DNA of 20,000 nt from an uncultured virus (IMG/VR IMGVR_UViG_3300017913_002196) (taxonomy: Duplodnaviria; Heunggongvirae; Uroviricota; Caudoviricetes). The notes under the pieces were generated by a model. That model saw only the letters and a program-made list of their open reading frames with translations. It did no database searches and had not been told where the DNA came from. The translations under genes were made by a program, and so were the position numbers. The stretch is taken from the IMG/VR virus record IMGVR_UViG_3300017913_002196; one strand, written 5' to 3'. Shown piece after piece: positions 7,518 to 15,621 of this stretch. The first letter of the stretch is position 1. Each line of letters begins with the position of its first letter.

Positions 7518-8231
7518 TTAATTTAATGTATTAGCAATTGATCTAGATCTACCTTTAACTCTACGTTTGGTAATCTTTGTCTTAATTGCTGCTTTCTTCT
7601 TTGCACCTTTACCCATTGCTTTTTTAGCTCTCTTGAGCTTAATACCAACGCGGCGCATCTTTGCTTTTTGTGTTCCAGTTTGAGGTAAACATCTATTGCC
7701 TGCTAATCTCATTCCTGGACCGCAGATCTTTTTCTTTTTAATCTCACCCTTAGCTCTTTTAAAGATAACTTTTGCTCTTTGAGCTTTACCTTTATACTTC
7801 TTACCACCTGGAGGATTTTTTTCTGCTTCTTCTAATTCTTCTTCTGTATCTTCAATGATTTCCATTTCATAGTCTTCAGCAAACAACATCTCTTTAAGTG
7901 CTAACATACTGTTTACTGAAGGATCTACTTCATTAAGATCAAACTCAAATACTAAGTCCATTACTGAACCGTCTTGATTAGGAGCAAAGTCAAACACTTC
8001 TTGAACTTCATAATGGTTTTCAATAAGTTCGATATCTAAATCCAACTCACCATCGAACTCAACAGTTTCTTCAAACTGTTCAATTTCAACTTCTTGTCTC
8101 ATCTCATCTAATTCACTCTCAGTAAATAAGAAATGAGTGTTATGAGAAACTCCGTTGAGCATCTGTTTCTTTAACTCTTCTCTAAAAGTCTGAGTCTGAT
8201 ATTTTTTCCATTCAAGAAGATTCATTTTCAT
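7518..8231 (-). CDS. Prohead core protein (gp68-like)
   Basis: Acidic N-half, an LEEA putative gp21 site, then a highly Lys/Arg-rich C-terminus with C-x-P-G...R-C. Position between portal and protease matches gp68. The start could be 8234, 8231 or 8225. Confidence 0.7.
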   Translation of the reverse strand: MKMNLLEWKKYQTQTFREELKKQMLNGVSHNTHFLFTESELDEMRQEVEIEQFEETVEFDGELDLDIELIENHYEVQEVFDFAPNQDGSVMDLVFEFDLNEVDPSVNSMLALKEMLFAEDYEMEIIEDTEEELEEAEKNPPGGKKYKGKAQRAKVIFKRAKGEIKKKKICGPGMRLAGNRCLPQTGTQKAKMRRVGIKLKRAKKAMGKGAKKKAAIKTKITKRRVKGRSRSIANTLN

Positions 8232-8376
8232 CACTCTTTAAATAATCTTTGGCCATTTCTTTTTTGATTCCATCTAATCTAGTTAACACTCTAGTTGTGA
8301 TTTCATCTTTAAATGACTTGGTAAAATCCTTCTCTGACTCTTCATTTGAGTTTAAATAATCATAAAAGTCTATCAT
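8212..8376 (-). CDS. 54-aa small prohead core protein (gp67-like), not in the supplied ORF track
   Basis: Manual translation: MIDFYDYLNSNEESEKDFTKSFKDEITTRVLTRLDGIKKEMAKDYLKSDENESS-stop (TGA). It fills the gap, is helical/amphipathic, is preceded by AATAAATA and overlaps the next gene's start. Confidence 0.8.
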   Translation of the reverse strand: MIDFYDYLNSNEESEKDFTKSFKDEITTRVLTRLDGIKKEMAKDYLKSDENESS

Positions 8377-8380
8377 AATT

Positions 8381-8388
8381 TATTTATT
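8381..8388 (-). promoter_or_regulatory. Late promoter motif AATAAATA
   Basis: Minus strand AATAAATA-AATT-ATG in front of the 54-aa ORF. Confidence 0.65.
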
Positions 8389-8393
8389 CCTTT

Positions 8394-9878
8394 TTAACCC
8401 CAGAGAATAGAGTCCATCTCAAGAGTTGAGTTCTTCAACTCCTCTTCAAGCTCTTGTTTCTCTGCATTCGCTTCATCCCAAAGTCCTTGACCATCGAGTT
8501 GTACACCACCAGGAAGTTCAGTATTTTGATATTTCTTTAAATTAGAACCCCACTGTTGCTTTGCTAACACCGTAGCATATCTTTTTAACCATGTGTTTTT
8601 ATAAACCTCACCTGTTAGTTCTGGATCTGCTTGTTCATATACTTCACATAAAAGATAAAAATCTCCTCTACTTTTACCTGTCTTAATTCTATTCCAATCT
8701 ACGTCTAAATATAATCTACTTCTATATTGATTAAATCTTATTGCAGGAGCTGTGTTTAATAAAAAGTCAATATGTTCTACATTTAACTTTTGTGTGTAGT
8801 AGTTTGATAAACCAGTACCTACAGCATTACCATAGAACATATCAAAGTTATTAAGGAAGTACTGATATTCAAAATTGTACATACCTGCATGAGTGAAAGA
8901 ATCTACTTTAGCAACCTTAGTAACAGATACAATACTATCTGGAACTTTAATACCAATCTGTCCTGTAGATGTAACTGTAATGTTTTCATCTTCTAATACT
9001 TTTAATTCTTCTTTAAAGTATTTGCTAAAGCCATTATGAGCTGTTCGTTTACCAAATCTTCTAGGTCTTGTAGATGTAGGGCTAAAACGTTGACTTCTTA
9101 GAACATCTCTTTGTGTATATCTAGTAGCTCTTTCTATAATTACCAATTTAAATCTTTGATCTGAATCTGTATCTAAATCACTATCAAACAATCTAAAAGT
9201 AGTACCATCGGAATCTTGTACGTATGCACCAACTTCGTCACTATCATATCTATTAGAGTAATCTAAATCTGAGTCAAGTAGTCTATAAGTAACACCGTCA
9301 GAGTCTAAAATATATGCTCCGCTATTATCAGAATCATATACTTGGTAATAATCTAAATCAGAATCAATAGCTCTAAATTCAGAACCATCAGAATCTAAAA
9401 TATGAGAACCGTATTGTTCAGAGTCATAAAATTTAGCTGTTTCAGAAATGTCTAAATCACTATCAAATACTCTTATATTACCATCTGAATCTCTTACAAA
9501 GGCACCATTAGTATCTGAATCATAAAAGATATTAGTTGACTCTGAATCAGTCTTAATAAAGATTCTATTTCCTCTAGTATTATCAACTTTAACCATAACT
9601 CTATCACCAATGCGATAGTCGTTTAGCTTATCTGAGTCAAATTTTTCTGCTGTAAGATCTTGGTGAATTCTATTATTACGGTTAAGTAAATTTGAATCTA
9701 CTTTAATTGTTCTCCAAGATCTAGTTACACCATCATAATGATAGTTGTAAAAAAATTGCACGGCTTCGTCAATACAATCTTCCAATTGTACATCAGCGAT
9801 TTCTACGTTAATGACTGGCGCGCCTAGTCTACGTAAAACCCAATCTGCTAACTCTTGTTTAGTCGCTGGTAATGGCAT
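8394..9878 (-). CDS. gp13: Neck protein (T4 gp13 family) with a large DSD-repeat insertion
   Basis: N-terminus P.TKQEL.DWVLRRLGAPVINVEI...QLEDCIDEAVQFF..YHYDG and C-terminus IRFNQ..RLYLD.DW...WLKRYAT.LAKQQWGSNLKKY...LPGGVQLDG are gp13 hallmarks. Confidence 0.95.
   Translation of the reverse strand: MPLPATKQELADWVLRRLGAPVINVEIADVQLEDCIDEAVQFFYNYHYDGVTRSWRTIKVDSNLLNRNNRIHQDLTAEKFDSDKLNDYRIGDRVMVKVDNTRGNRIFIKTDSESTNIFYDSDTNGAFVRDSDGNIRVFDSDLDISETAKFYDSEQYGSHILDSDGSEFRAIDSDLDYYQVYDSDNSGAYILDSDGVTYRLLDSDLDYSNRYDSDEVGAYVQDSDGTTFRLFDSDLDTDSDQRFKLVIIERATRYTQRDVLRSQRFSPTSTRPRRFGKRTAHNGFSKYFKEELKVLEDENITVTSTGQIGIKVPDSIVSVTKVAKVDSFTHAGMYNFEYQYFLNNFDMFYGNAVGTGLSNYYTQKLNVEHIDFLLNTAPAIRFNQYRSRLYLDVDWNRIKTGKSRGDFYLLCEVYEQADPELTGEVYKNTWLKRYATVLAKQQWGSNLKKYQNTELPGGVQLDGQGLWDEANAEKQELEEELKNSTLEMDSILWG
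9159..9527 (-). repeat. Four ~30-aa tandem protein repeats inside gp13
   Basis: FYDSDTNGAFVRDSDGNIRVFDSDLD / FYDSEQYGSHILDSDGSEFRAIDSDLD / VYDSDNSGAYILDSDGVTYRLLDSDLD / RYDSDEVGAYVQDSDGTTFRLFDSDLD. Confidence 0.92.
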
Positions 9879-11457
9879 CGTGCTCTACTATTTCCGTTTC
9901 AGTATTTATTGTAAGAACATCTTTCTCTCCTGATAGAGTAACATCTCTAACTTGTACACTTTCAAAACCAAAAGGTTCTGGTGGCATATCAGGATCTTTA
10001 ATTTGTTCTTTTTCCATCTCGTTCATAATCTCTGTATCAATACGTGCAATATCTTCTTCTGTATGACCAAGAATAACTTTGCGTACATATTCGATAGAGA
10101 AATATTTACCTACATATTCATTAGCATCTCTAAGTACTGCTAACTGATCGTTAAGTAATTCTACCTGCTTAAGTTTATCAAAGTGCATATCTTTGAGATA
10201 GTCATAACTGATATACTGTCTCATTTCTTCGAACTCAGCTTGAGTACAAACACCTTTAAGTACTAACTGAACTCTTAACACTTCGTTAAACAATTCAGCA
10301 AACTGTTTTCTAATACGTTTAATAAACTTACTAAATTTTATTTCATCTCTTGAGATGTCTGATGCTCTTCCGAGTTGAAAGTTGTTGTCTTGGTTGATTC
10401 TTGAGATTGGGACATTGAGCGATTGATATAATTTCTCCTTGAAGTAATTGACATCGTCAAGATCTCCAAGATTTTGTCCTCCAGGGAGTGTACTAATCTC
10501 CGTACCTCTTGACCCTTCTCTTCTAGGGAGCCAGAAGTCCTCCAACAACGACATAAATTTTCTCGAATCACGAATCTCTCCTGTATTTGGATTGTAGTCA
10601 ATTTTATTTCTATAACGATTCATCATATCTCTAAGATAAGTCTCAGCTTTAATCTTAGGTAATGAACCCACATCAACATAAAAAATTCTTCTTTCAGGTG
10701 CTCTAGCAATACGATAAACAATAAGAGCATCTTCCATAGAACGAAGATTGTTAAAAGGTTTAATTGCTTTGTCTAAGTAACCAACAATACTACCTTTATT
10801 TCTATCTACCAATCCTGATGGACAAAAGATAACAGAGTCTTTGGATAACTTTACACCATTATTACCACCATCAGGAGAATATTCAAAGTACTCATCTACT
10901 TTAACTAATACAGGAACACCTGTTCTAGGGTCTTTATCATATTTAGGTTTAACATGTCTTTTAATCTTAAGAGCGTCGATAGGTCTTAATTCTTTAATAC
11001 CATTCTTAAGATTTTCTTGATCTACAATAACTTGGTAGTGTAGTCTACTATCTACATACCATTGTCTAAAGATGTCATATGAACGTCTTTGAAACTTAAG
11101 AAGATGAAGAGTTGTCTTAAACTCTTCTCTAATTATTTCTTTAATTCTATCATCAATGTTAAGAAGATCTAATCTAATAGATACTGAAGGTCTTTCATGT
11201 TCTGTAGTGAAAGCTTCGTTTACAATATCATCAATAGCAGCATCAGCTTCTGGATAGAAAGAAATGTCTCTATACTGAGCAATTAATGCATGTTCGCTTC
11301 TTGCTTTACTATATTGTTCGTAAGTATAACCAATCCTACCACCAACAGGTAAGTCAGTACCATCATCCATTGGTTTAGGAACGGGTGATGGTACTGGTTG
11401 ATCATTCTTGTTTTGAACTAATTCGAACCCGAATAGTTCTTCTTTCTGTAAAGCCAT
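9859..11457 (-). CDS. gp20: Portal vertex protein (T4 gp20 family)
   Basis: LFGF N-terminus, PEADAAIDDIVNEA, YLDKAIKPFNNLRSMEDALIVYRIARAPERRIFYVDVG.LPK.KAE.YL, LEDFWLPRREG.RGTEISTLPGGQNLG, I.RDE.KF.KF. SD GAGGAG. Confidence 0.99.
   Translation of the reverse strand: MALQKEELFGFELVQNKNDQPVPSPVPKPMDDGTDLPVGGRIGYTYEQYSKARSEHALIAQYRDISFYPEADAAIDDIVNEAFTTEHERPSVSIRLDLLNIDDRIKEIIREEFKTTLHLLKFQRRSYDIFRQWYVDSRLHYQVIVDQENLKNGIKELRPIDALKIKRHVKPKYDKDPRTGVPVLVKVDEYFEYSPDGGNNGVKLSKDSVIFCPSGLVDRNKGSIVGYLDKAIKPFNNLRSMEDALIVYRIARAPERRIFYVDVGSLPKIKAETYLRDMMNRYRNKIDYNPNTGEIRDSRKFMSLLEDFWLPRREGSRGTEISTLPGGQNLGDLDDVNYFKEKLYQSLNVPISRINQDNNFQLGRASDISRDEIKFSKFIKRIRKQFAELFNEVLRVQLVLKGVCTQAEFEEMRQYISYDYLKDMHFDKLKQVELLNDQLAVLRDANEYVGKYFSIEYVRKVILGHTEEDIARIDTEIMNEMEKEQIKDPDMPPEPFGFESVQVRDVTLSGEKDVLTINTETEIVEHDAITSD
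9903..9910 (-). promoter_or_regulatory. Possible late promoter AATAAATA for gp13, embedded in the portal 3' end
   Basis: tatttatt at 9903-9910, 24 nt upstream of the gp13 ATG. Could arise by chance in AT-rich DNA. Confidence 0.45.
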
Positions 11458-11484
11458 AAGGACTCCTCATTATAAAATGAAGAG

Positions 11485-12111
11485 TTAGCCAGTTACTGGC
11501 TGTTCAGCGACATCAGCTGTAGTTCTAGCTGAAGTAGGAACTGAAGTTGTATTTGATTCCCACCACTGATATGCAAAAGTAACTGCAAACTCTTCGATTG
11601 TATCTGCACTGTCGTAAGAAACATCAATTGTATCTACAACAGTAGGCCACGCACCTACAATAACATATCTCTTAATCACTGCACCTGTTCTACTTAGTTG
11701 TTCAATTTCTAAGTTAGCAACATATGAGTCAAATGAAGCGGCATCAACACCTCTTCCAGATACGTTTGTAGCTGCGCCGTTAATCGCATCTTGCCATCTT
11801 TCGAAAGCATTTCTTACAGCAAAGTTATTGTCATTAACTACACTTACTGTCCAAGCATCGTAAACAGTATCACCTGATACTTTTAATTGTCTACCTCTAA
11901 ATGGTACAATAATTTCACCAATAGATCTAGCTGGCATTGCTGCAGTTTTAATCATAAAAGAGCTCAATGCTTCTGTCTCACCGGAACCGAAAGCTGTATT
12001 AGCTAGACCTTCAATGTTCCCGTTTGGCCAGTTACAGTTTACTCTAAATAGATTGGCTCTTGCACCGCCGCCAGTTAAAGCTGTTTTAAAATCGTCAATA
12101 CGTACTGTCAT
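11485..12111 (-). CDS. gp19: Tail tube protein (T4 gp19 family)
   Basis: GGGARANLFRV, VPFRGRQLKVSGD..YDAWTVSVVND.NF.VRNAFERW, IEEF.VTFAYQWWE. Confidence 0.97.
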   Translation of the reverse strand: MTVRIDDFKTALTGGGARANLFRVNCNWPNGNIEGLANTAFGSGETEALSSFMIKTAAMPARSIGEIIVPFRGRQLKVSGDTVYDAWTVSVVNDNNFAVRNAFERWQDAINGAATNVSGRGVDAASFDSYVANLEIEQLSRTGAVIKRYVIVGAWPTVVDTIDVSYDSADTIEEFAVTFAYQWWESNTTSVPTSARTTADVAEQPVTG

Positions 12112-12112
12112 C

Positions 12113-14218
12113 TTAAGCTCCTGCTACCTCACTAAATGATACTCCAGTTCTCACAGCAACAAAGTTCAGTGTAATGAAGTTAATTGAGCGAGCTGGCTTC
12201 AGGTAGATATCAGCTACGAATTGATTAGAGTCGATAACCTGACCTGTGTTATTAGATGTATCACAAACAACCTTAAAGTCAGTTAAACCTCTTCTTGCTT
12301 GTACTTCAGCAAGAAATGGCTCAATAGCATTAACGAATGTTCTTCTTGTCAAGTCATCGTTAAACTCGAACAATTGGAACTTAGCAGCTGTTGCAATTGC
12401 TTTTTCAAGAACAATGAACAATCTACGTACGTTAATTCTATCAAACGCAGAAGGCCTAGACAATGCTGTCTTATCACCGTATAACAGAGTACCCTGACCT
12501 CTAAAGGTTACGATAGGGTTAATTCTGTTAGGATAGAGCTGATCTCTATCTGTTTGATTTGGATTGAATGATAATTTAACAACGTTCTGGATAAACCCTC
12601 TGTTTAAACCAGCAGGTGAATACCAAGCTTCGTTAGTAAATTCTGTTCTTGCTGTTAAACCTGCTGTATCAGGGTTAATTGGCATCCAGAAATACTCGTC
12701 GTTATATCTATCATACTGTCTCTTCCAGCTTGAATCGAATACAGCATATGAAGTAGAGTTAATGTCTGAGAAATAGTCAATAACTTTAGTTGCTGTTGGA
12801 TTGTTTACAGCTGCAGAATAGCTAGGTGATAAGAACGCTATAGCATCTTTCCTTTTCTCTGCAATTGTTATAACATGTTTTTGTACTGTTTTCGATCTTT
12901 CACCAGTAATAAGTAGATTTACATCAATAACCTGATCATCGTTTAATAGGTCATAAGCAGTTGTATAGTTACCATCAGTAATAGATGAACCATCATTACC
13001 ACCACCTAATGTATATCTTCTTAAACCAGTTAAGCTTACATTTGTTAACAAATACTTAAATCTATTTGATGTAGCTAAGTTTGTTAATGTATCACCAATT
13101 GAACTTAAAGCAGTACCACCTGAACCATCAGAGTCAATAGTAGATGATTGTGCTTTGGTTTCTTCATTAAGAAGATAAACCCAATTAGAAGCATCATTAA
13201 CTGCATCTACATAGAAGTTACCTGCACCGTCTGCTGTTTTACTATTTTTAGCTTTAGATAAGTATGCATATGTTTCTAATGTTTCATTTGCTGTACCGGT
13301 AATCTTTGTATCTGTAGTATAGATAACAACATGAACTTCATCGAATAATGTGTTCGTGTAATTACCCGCCCATGTTGATGTACCTGGTCTTGTATCGAAC
13401 AAATCAGCGCCTGTAGTGTTACCATATAGCTTATAATTCTTAAAGTCAGAATCGTTTATAGAAGCATCCATGATATAGATACCAATACTATTTCCTAACT
13501 CACCAGGGAATCTAGCATATACTGAACCGTTAACAAGTGTTGATTTTTCTACTTCAAAGTCATCAAAGTTATTAATTTGAGCTGAAGTAATTCTAGTTGT
13601 TGTACTTGCACTTGTATTTGAGAAGAATGTAAATGTTACGCCGTTTACTGTCTGTGCAGCTGGTAAGGTAATACCTGTTGCAGAATATTTTAATGTGGGG
13701 TCTACAATACCTGCAATACCATCTGAGTCAGCAGTAACTGATGAGAAACCATCACTATCCATTGCTTCTCTCATTGCATCAAGTACTGAATCTAATGTTA
13801 ATGCATCAGCACTAAATGAAACTTCTGTTGTTCCGTCTACCTTTACATCAAATCCTGATGCAGAAGGTGTACCTGATAATACAACTGAAATTGTTGAAGA
13901 AGAACCAACAACCGGCTCTGATGCACTATTTCTTGCACCATCAGAGATTGCTCTAACTACTTGTAATTGATTTGCATAACCAAGGAAGTTAGCTGCTGCG
14001 TACCAATCATCTCTTGTACTTGAGGCCGCGTTTGTTGAAACTTTTGGGTATCCAAATTTAGCGAGAAGATCTTTCTCTGAAGATACCGTTGTTACTTCTA
14101 ACGCTGGACCCCATTCGAAAATACCAGCAAAGCCACCAATAGACGTTGCTACTGCTGGAATAATGTTGGTAAGATCTTTCTCTACGATTTGTACACCTGG
14201 ACTAACTAAAAATGCCAT
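12113..14218 (-). CDS. gp18: Tail sheath protein (T4 gp18 family)
   Basis: SPGVQIVEKDLT, AGIFEWGP, ARFPGELGNSI, WYSPAGLNRG, RDQLY...INPI, LYGDKTAL..PSAFDRINVRRLF, FEFND..TR, YLKPARSINFITLNFVAVRTGVSF.E. SD CAGGAG. Confidence 0.99.
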   Translation of the reverse strand: MAFLVSPGVQIVEKDLTNIIPAVATSIGGFAGIFEWGPALEVTTVSSEKDLLAKFGYPKVSTNAASSTRDDWYAAANFLGYANQLQVVRAISDGARNSASEPVVGSSSTISVVLSGTPSASGFDVKVDGTTEVSFSADALTLDSVLDAMREAMDSDGFSSVTADSDGIAGIVDPTLKYSATGITLPAAQTVNGVTFTFFSNTSASTTTRITSAQINNFDDFEVEKSTLVNGSVYARFPGELGNSIGIYIMDASINDSDFKNYKLYGNTTGADLFDTRPGTSTWAGNYTNTLFDEVHVVIYTTDTKITGTANETLETYAYLSKAKNSKTADGAGNFYVDAVNDASNWVYLLNEETKAQSSTIDSDGSGGTALSSIGDTLTNLATSNRFKYLLTNVSLTGLRRYTLGGGNDGSSITDGNYTTAYDLLNDDQVIDVNLLITGERSKTVQKHVITIAEKRKDAIAFLSPSYSAAVNNPTATKVIDYFSDINSTSYAVFDSSWKRQYDRYNDEYFWMPINPDTAGLTARTEFTNEAWYSPAGLNRGFIQNVVKLSFNPNQTDRDQLYPNRINPIVTFRGQGTLLYGDKTALSRPSAFDRINVRRLFIVLEKAIATAAKFQLFEFNDDLTRRTFVNAIEPFLAEVQARRGLTDFKVVCDTSNNTGQVIDSNQFVADIYLKPARSINFITLNFVAVRTGVSFSEVAGA

Positions 14219-14245
14219 TGTGAACTCCTGTATAAACTCTTTCTT

Positions 14246-14253
14246 TATTTATT
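14246..14253 (-). promoter_or_regulatory. Late promoter motif AATAAATA for the gp18-19-20 unit
   Basis: tatttatt in the intergenic gap upstream of the gp18 SD. Confidence 0.65.
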
Positions 14254-14258
14254 TTTTC

Positions 14259-15581
14259 CTAAACCCTTCTGATGATGAAGCTACCAGCATCAAAGGTCTC
14301 TATAACTTCCGCATTAAATGTCATATCTGTAAAGTCATCTTTAAATCTAAAATGTATTGAATCATCAGATGCTAATCCTGAATCTAAATCAATATACATC
14401 TTATCAATATATTGCATTGCAAGTGAGTTGCTGTTTACTGAATATATAATAAATCTTATTACGTTTTCAAATGCTGTGCCTTCAGCAACAACAAACTCTT
14501 GACTTACAATTTCTCCGCCACCTAAACCACTAATAGCCCACTTAAATGTAGTTTCTTCTGATAAAGTAGCACCTGTCTGTACATAATCTACTGCAATAAT
14601 ATCTGAATCAGATGTAACAACTGCAGCAGGAGCGTTAATAGTATTTGATGAACCTACTCCTAATAATTTTTCTAGTGCTGCAATTCTTGTTAAATGTGAA
14701 TCAGTTTCTTTTGTAATTGAAGTGTGTAGTGAATCACTATCTAAGTCAGATCCACCTATTCTGTTTAGATTAATAGTTCTAACAATTCTATCTGAATCAA
14801 AGTGATCTGAATCTTCTAGTCTAGTTAATCTAGTTCTAATAATTGTAATTCTGTCTCTTGTATAACCTTCTTCTGAATCAAAGTCATCTTCAACTACATT
14901 TAATCTTCCGCTAATATGTTGTAGTTTCTCTTCATCAGAATCTAGTCTTCTGTAAATATCTGTTAAATCAAGATTTTCAGAATCAATATCAGATCTCAAA
15001 GCTCTAACTTCTAATGATTCTGAATCCATATCAGATCTAAGTTTTGCTATATCTTCTTCGTTCTGAGTAACTTTTTCTAATAATCTTCCATCACTATCTA
15101 AAGTAGATACAATATTTCTAATTCTTTCTGCATCTGAATCTGCATTACGTTTAAGATGCTCAATAGCAATCATATCACTATCAAGACGTCTAATAATATC
15201 TAACAATTCTGTCTGATCAGAATCAAGTAAGGTTTGTAATTCGTCTATTCTCTTTTGTAAATGTTGAATGACAGTAGAGTCGGAATCTCTATCTGACATT
15301 AATTGATCTACATCATTTCTAAGAGTTGAAACTACTGCTAAATCAGAATCAGTAAAGAGACTATTCTCTCTAACCATACTTCTAATTTGATCAGAATCAA
15401 ATCCTGAACCTCCACTTCCAGCAGAATGTTCATTAATAAGATCAACAATGTAATCCGAGTCTATATTGACTCGAAATACACCTTCGTAATCACTATTCTC
15501 ATTATAATCAACAATGATTCCAGGGCCGGCTTCGACCCTGACCATCATGGGATAAAAATCTGAATCAAAATTGTAAGCCAT
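14259..15581 (-). CDS. DSD-repeat coiled-coil protein (440 aa), candidate whisker/fibritin-like virion fibre
   Basis: Central heptad pattern punctuated by DSD/DSE, with a globular-looking C-terminus. Preceded by TATAAATA and located in the structural module. The fibre role is inferred. Confidence 0.7.
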   Translation of the reverse strand: MAYNFDSDFYPMMVRVEAGPGIIVDYNENSDYEGVFRVNIDSDYIVDLINEHSAGSGGSGFDSDQIRSMVRENSLFTDSDLAVVSTLRNDVDQLMSDRDSDSTVIQHLQKRIDELQTLLDSDQTELLDIIRRLDSDMIAIEHLKRNADSDAERIRNIVSTLDSDGRLLEKVTQNEEDIAKLRSDMDSESLEVRALRSDIDSENLDLTDIYRRLDSDEEKLQHISGRLNVVEDDFDSEEGYTRDRITIIRTRLTRLEDSDHFDSDRIVRTINLNRIGGSDLDSDSLHTSITKETDSHLTRIAALEKLLGVGSSNTINAPAAVVTSDSDIIAVDYVQTGATLSEETTFKWAISGLGGGEIVSQEFVVAEGTAFENVIRFIIYSVNSNSLAMQYIDKMYIDLDSGLASDDSIHFRFKDDFTDMTFNAEVIETFDAGSFIIRRV

Positions 15582-15602
15582 ATATACTACTCAACTTTAA
15601 TA

Positions 15603-15610
15603 TATTTATA
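15603..15610 (-). promoter_or_regulatory. Canonical T4 late promoter TATAAATA
   Basis: tatttata on + strand, 21 nt upstream of the ATG at 15581. Confidence 0.8.
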
Positions 15611-15621
15611 TAAAGTTGAGA

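Noticed and set aside
9159..9527. Recurring atcagaatc/atcactatc-type DNA words as a CRISPR array or DNA-level repeat
   Set aside because: They are synonymous encodings of DSD in frame within CDSs, with no constant nucleotide repeat plus unique spacers.
8980..9690. gp13 insertion as an intein or intron
   Set aside because: No recognisable Cys/Ser...His-Asn splice-junction blocks or homing endonuclease motifs, and the frame is continuous.
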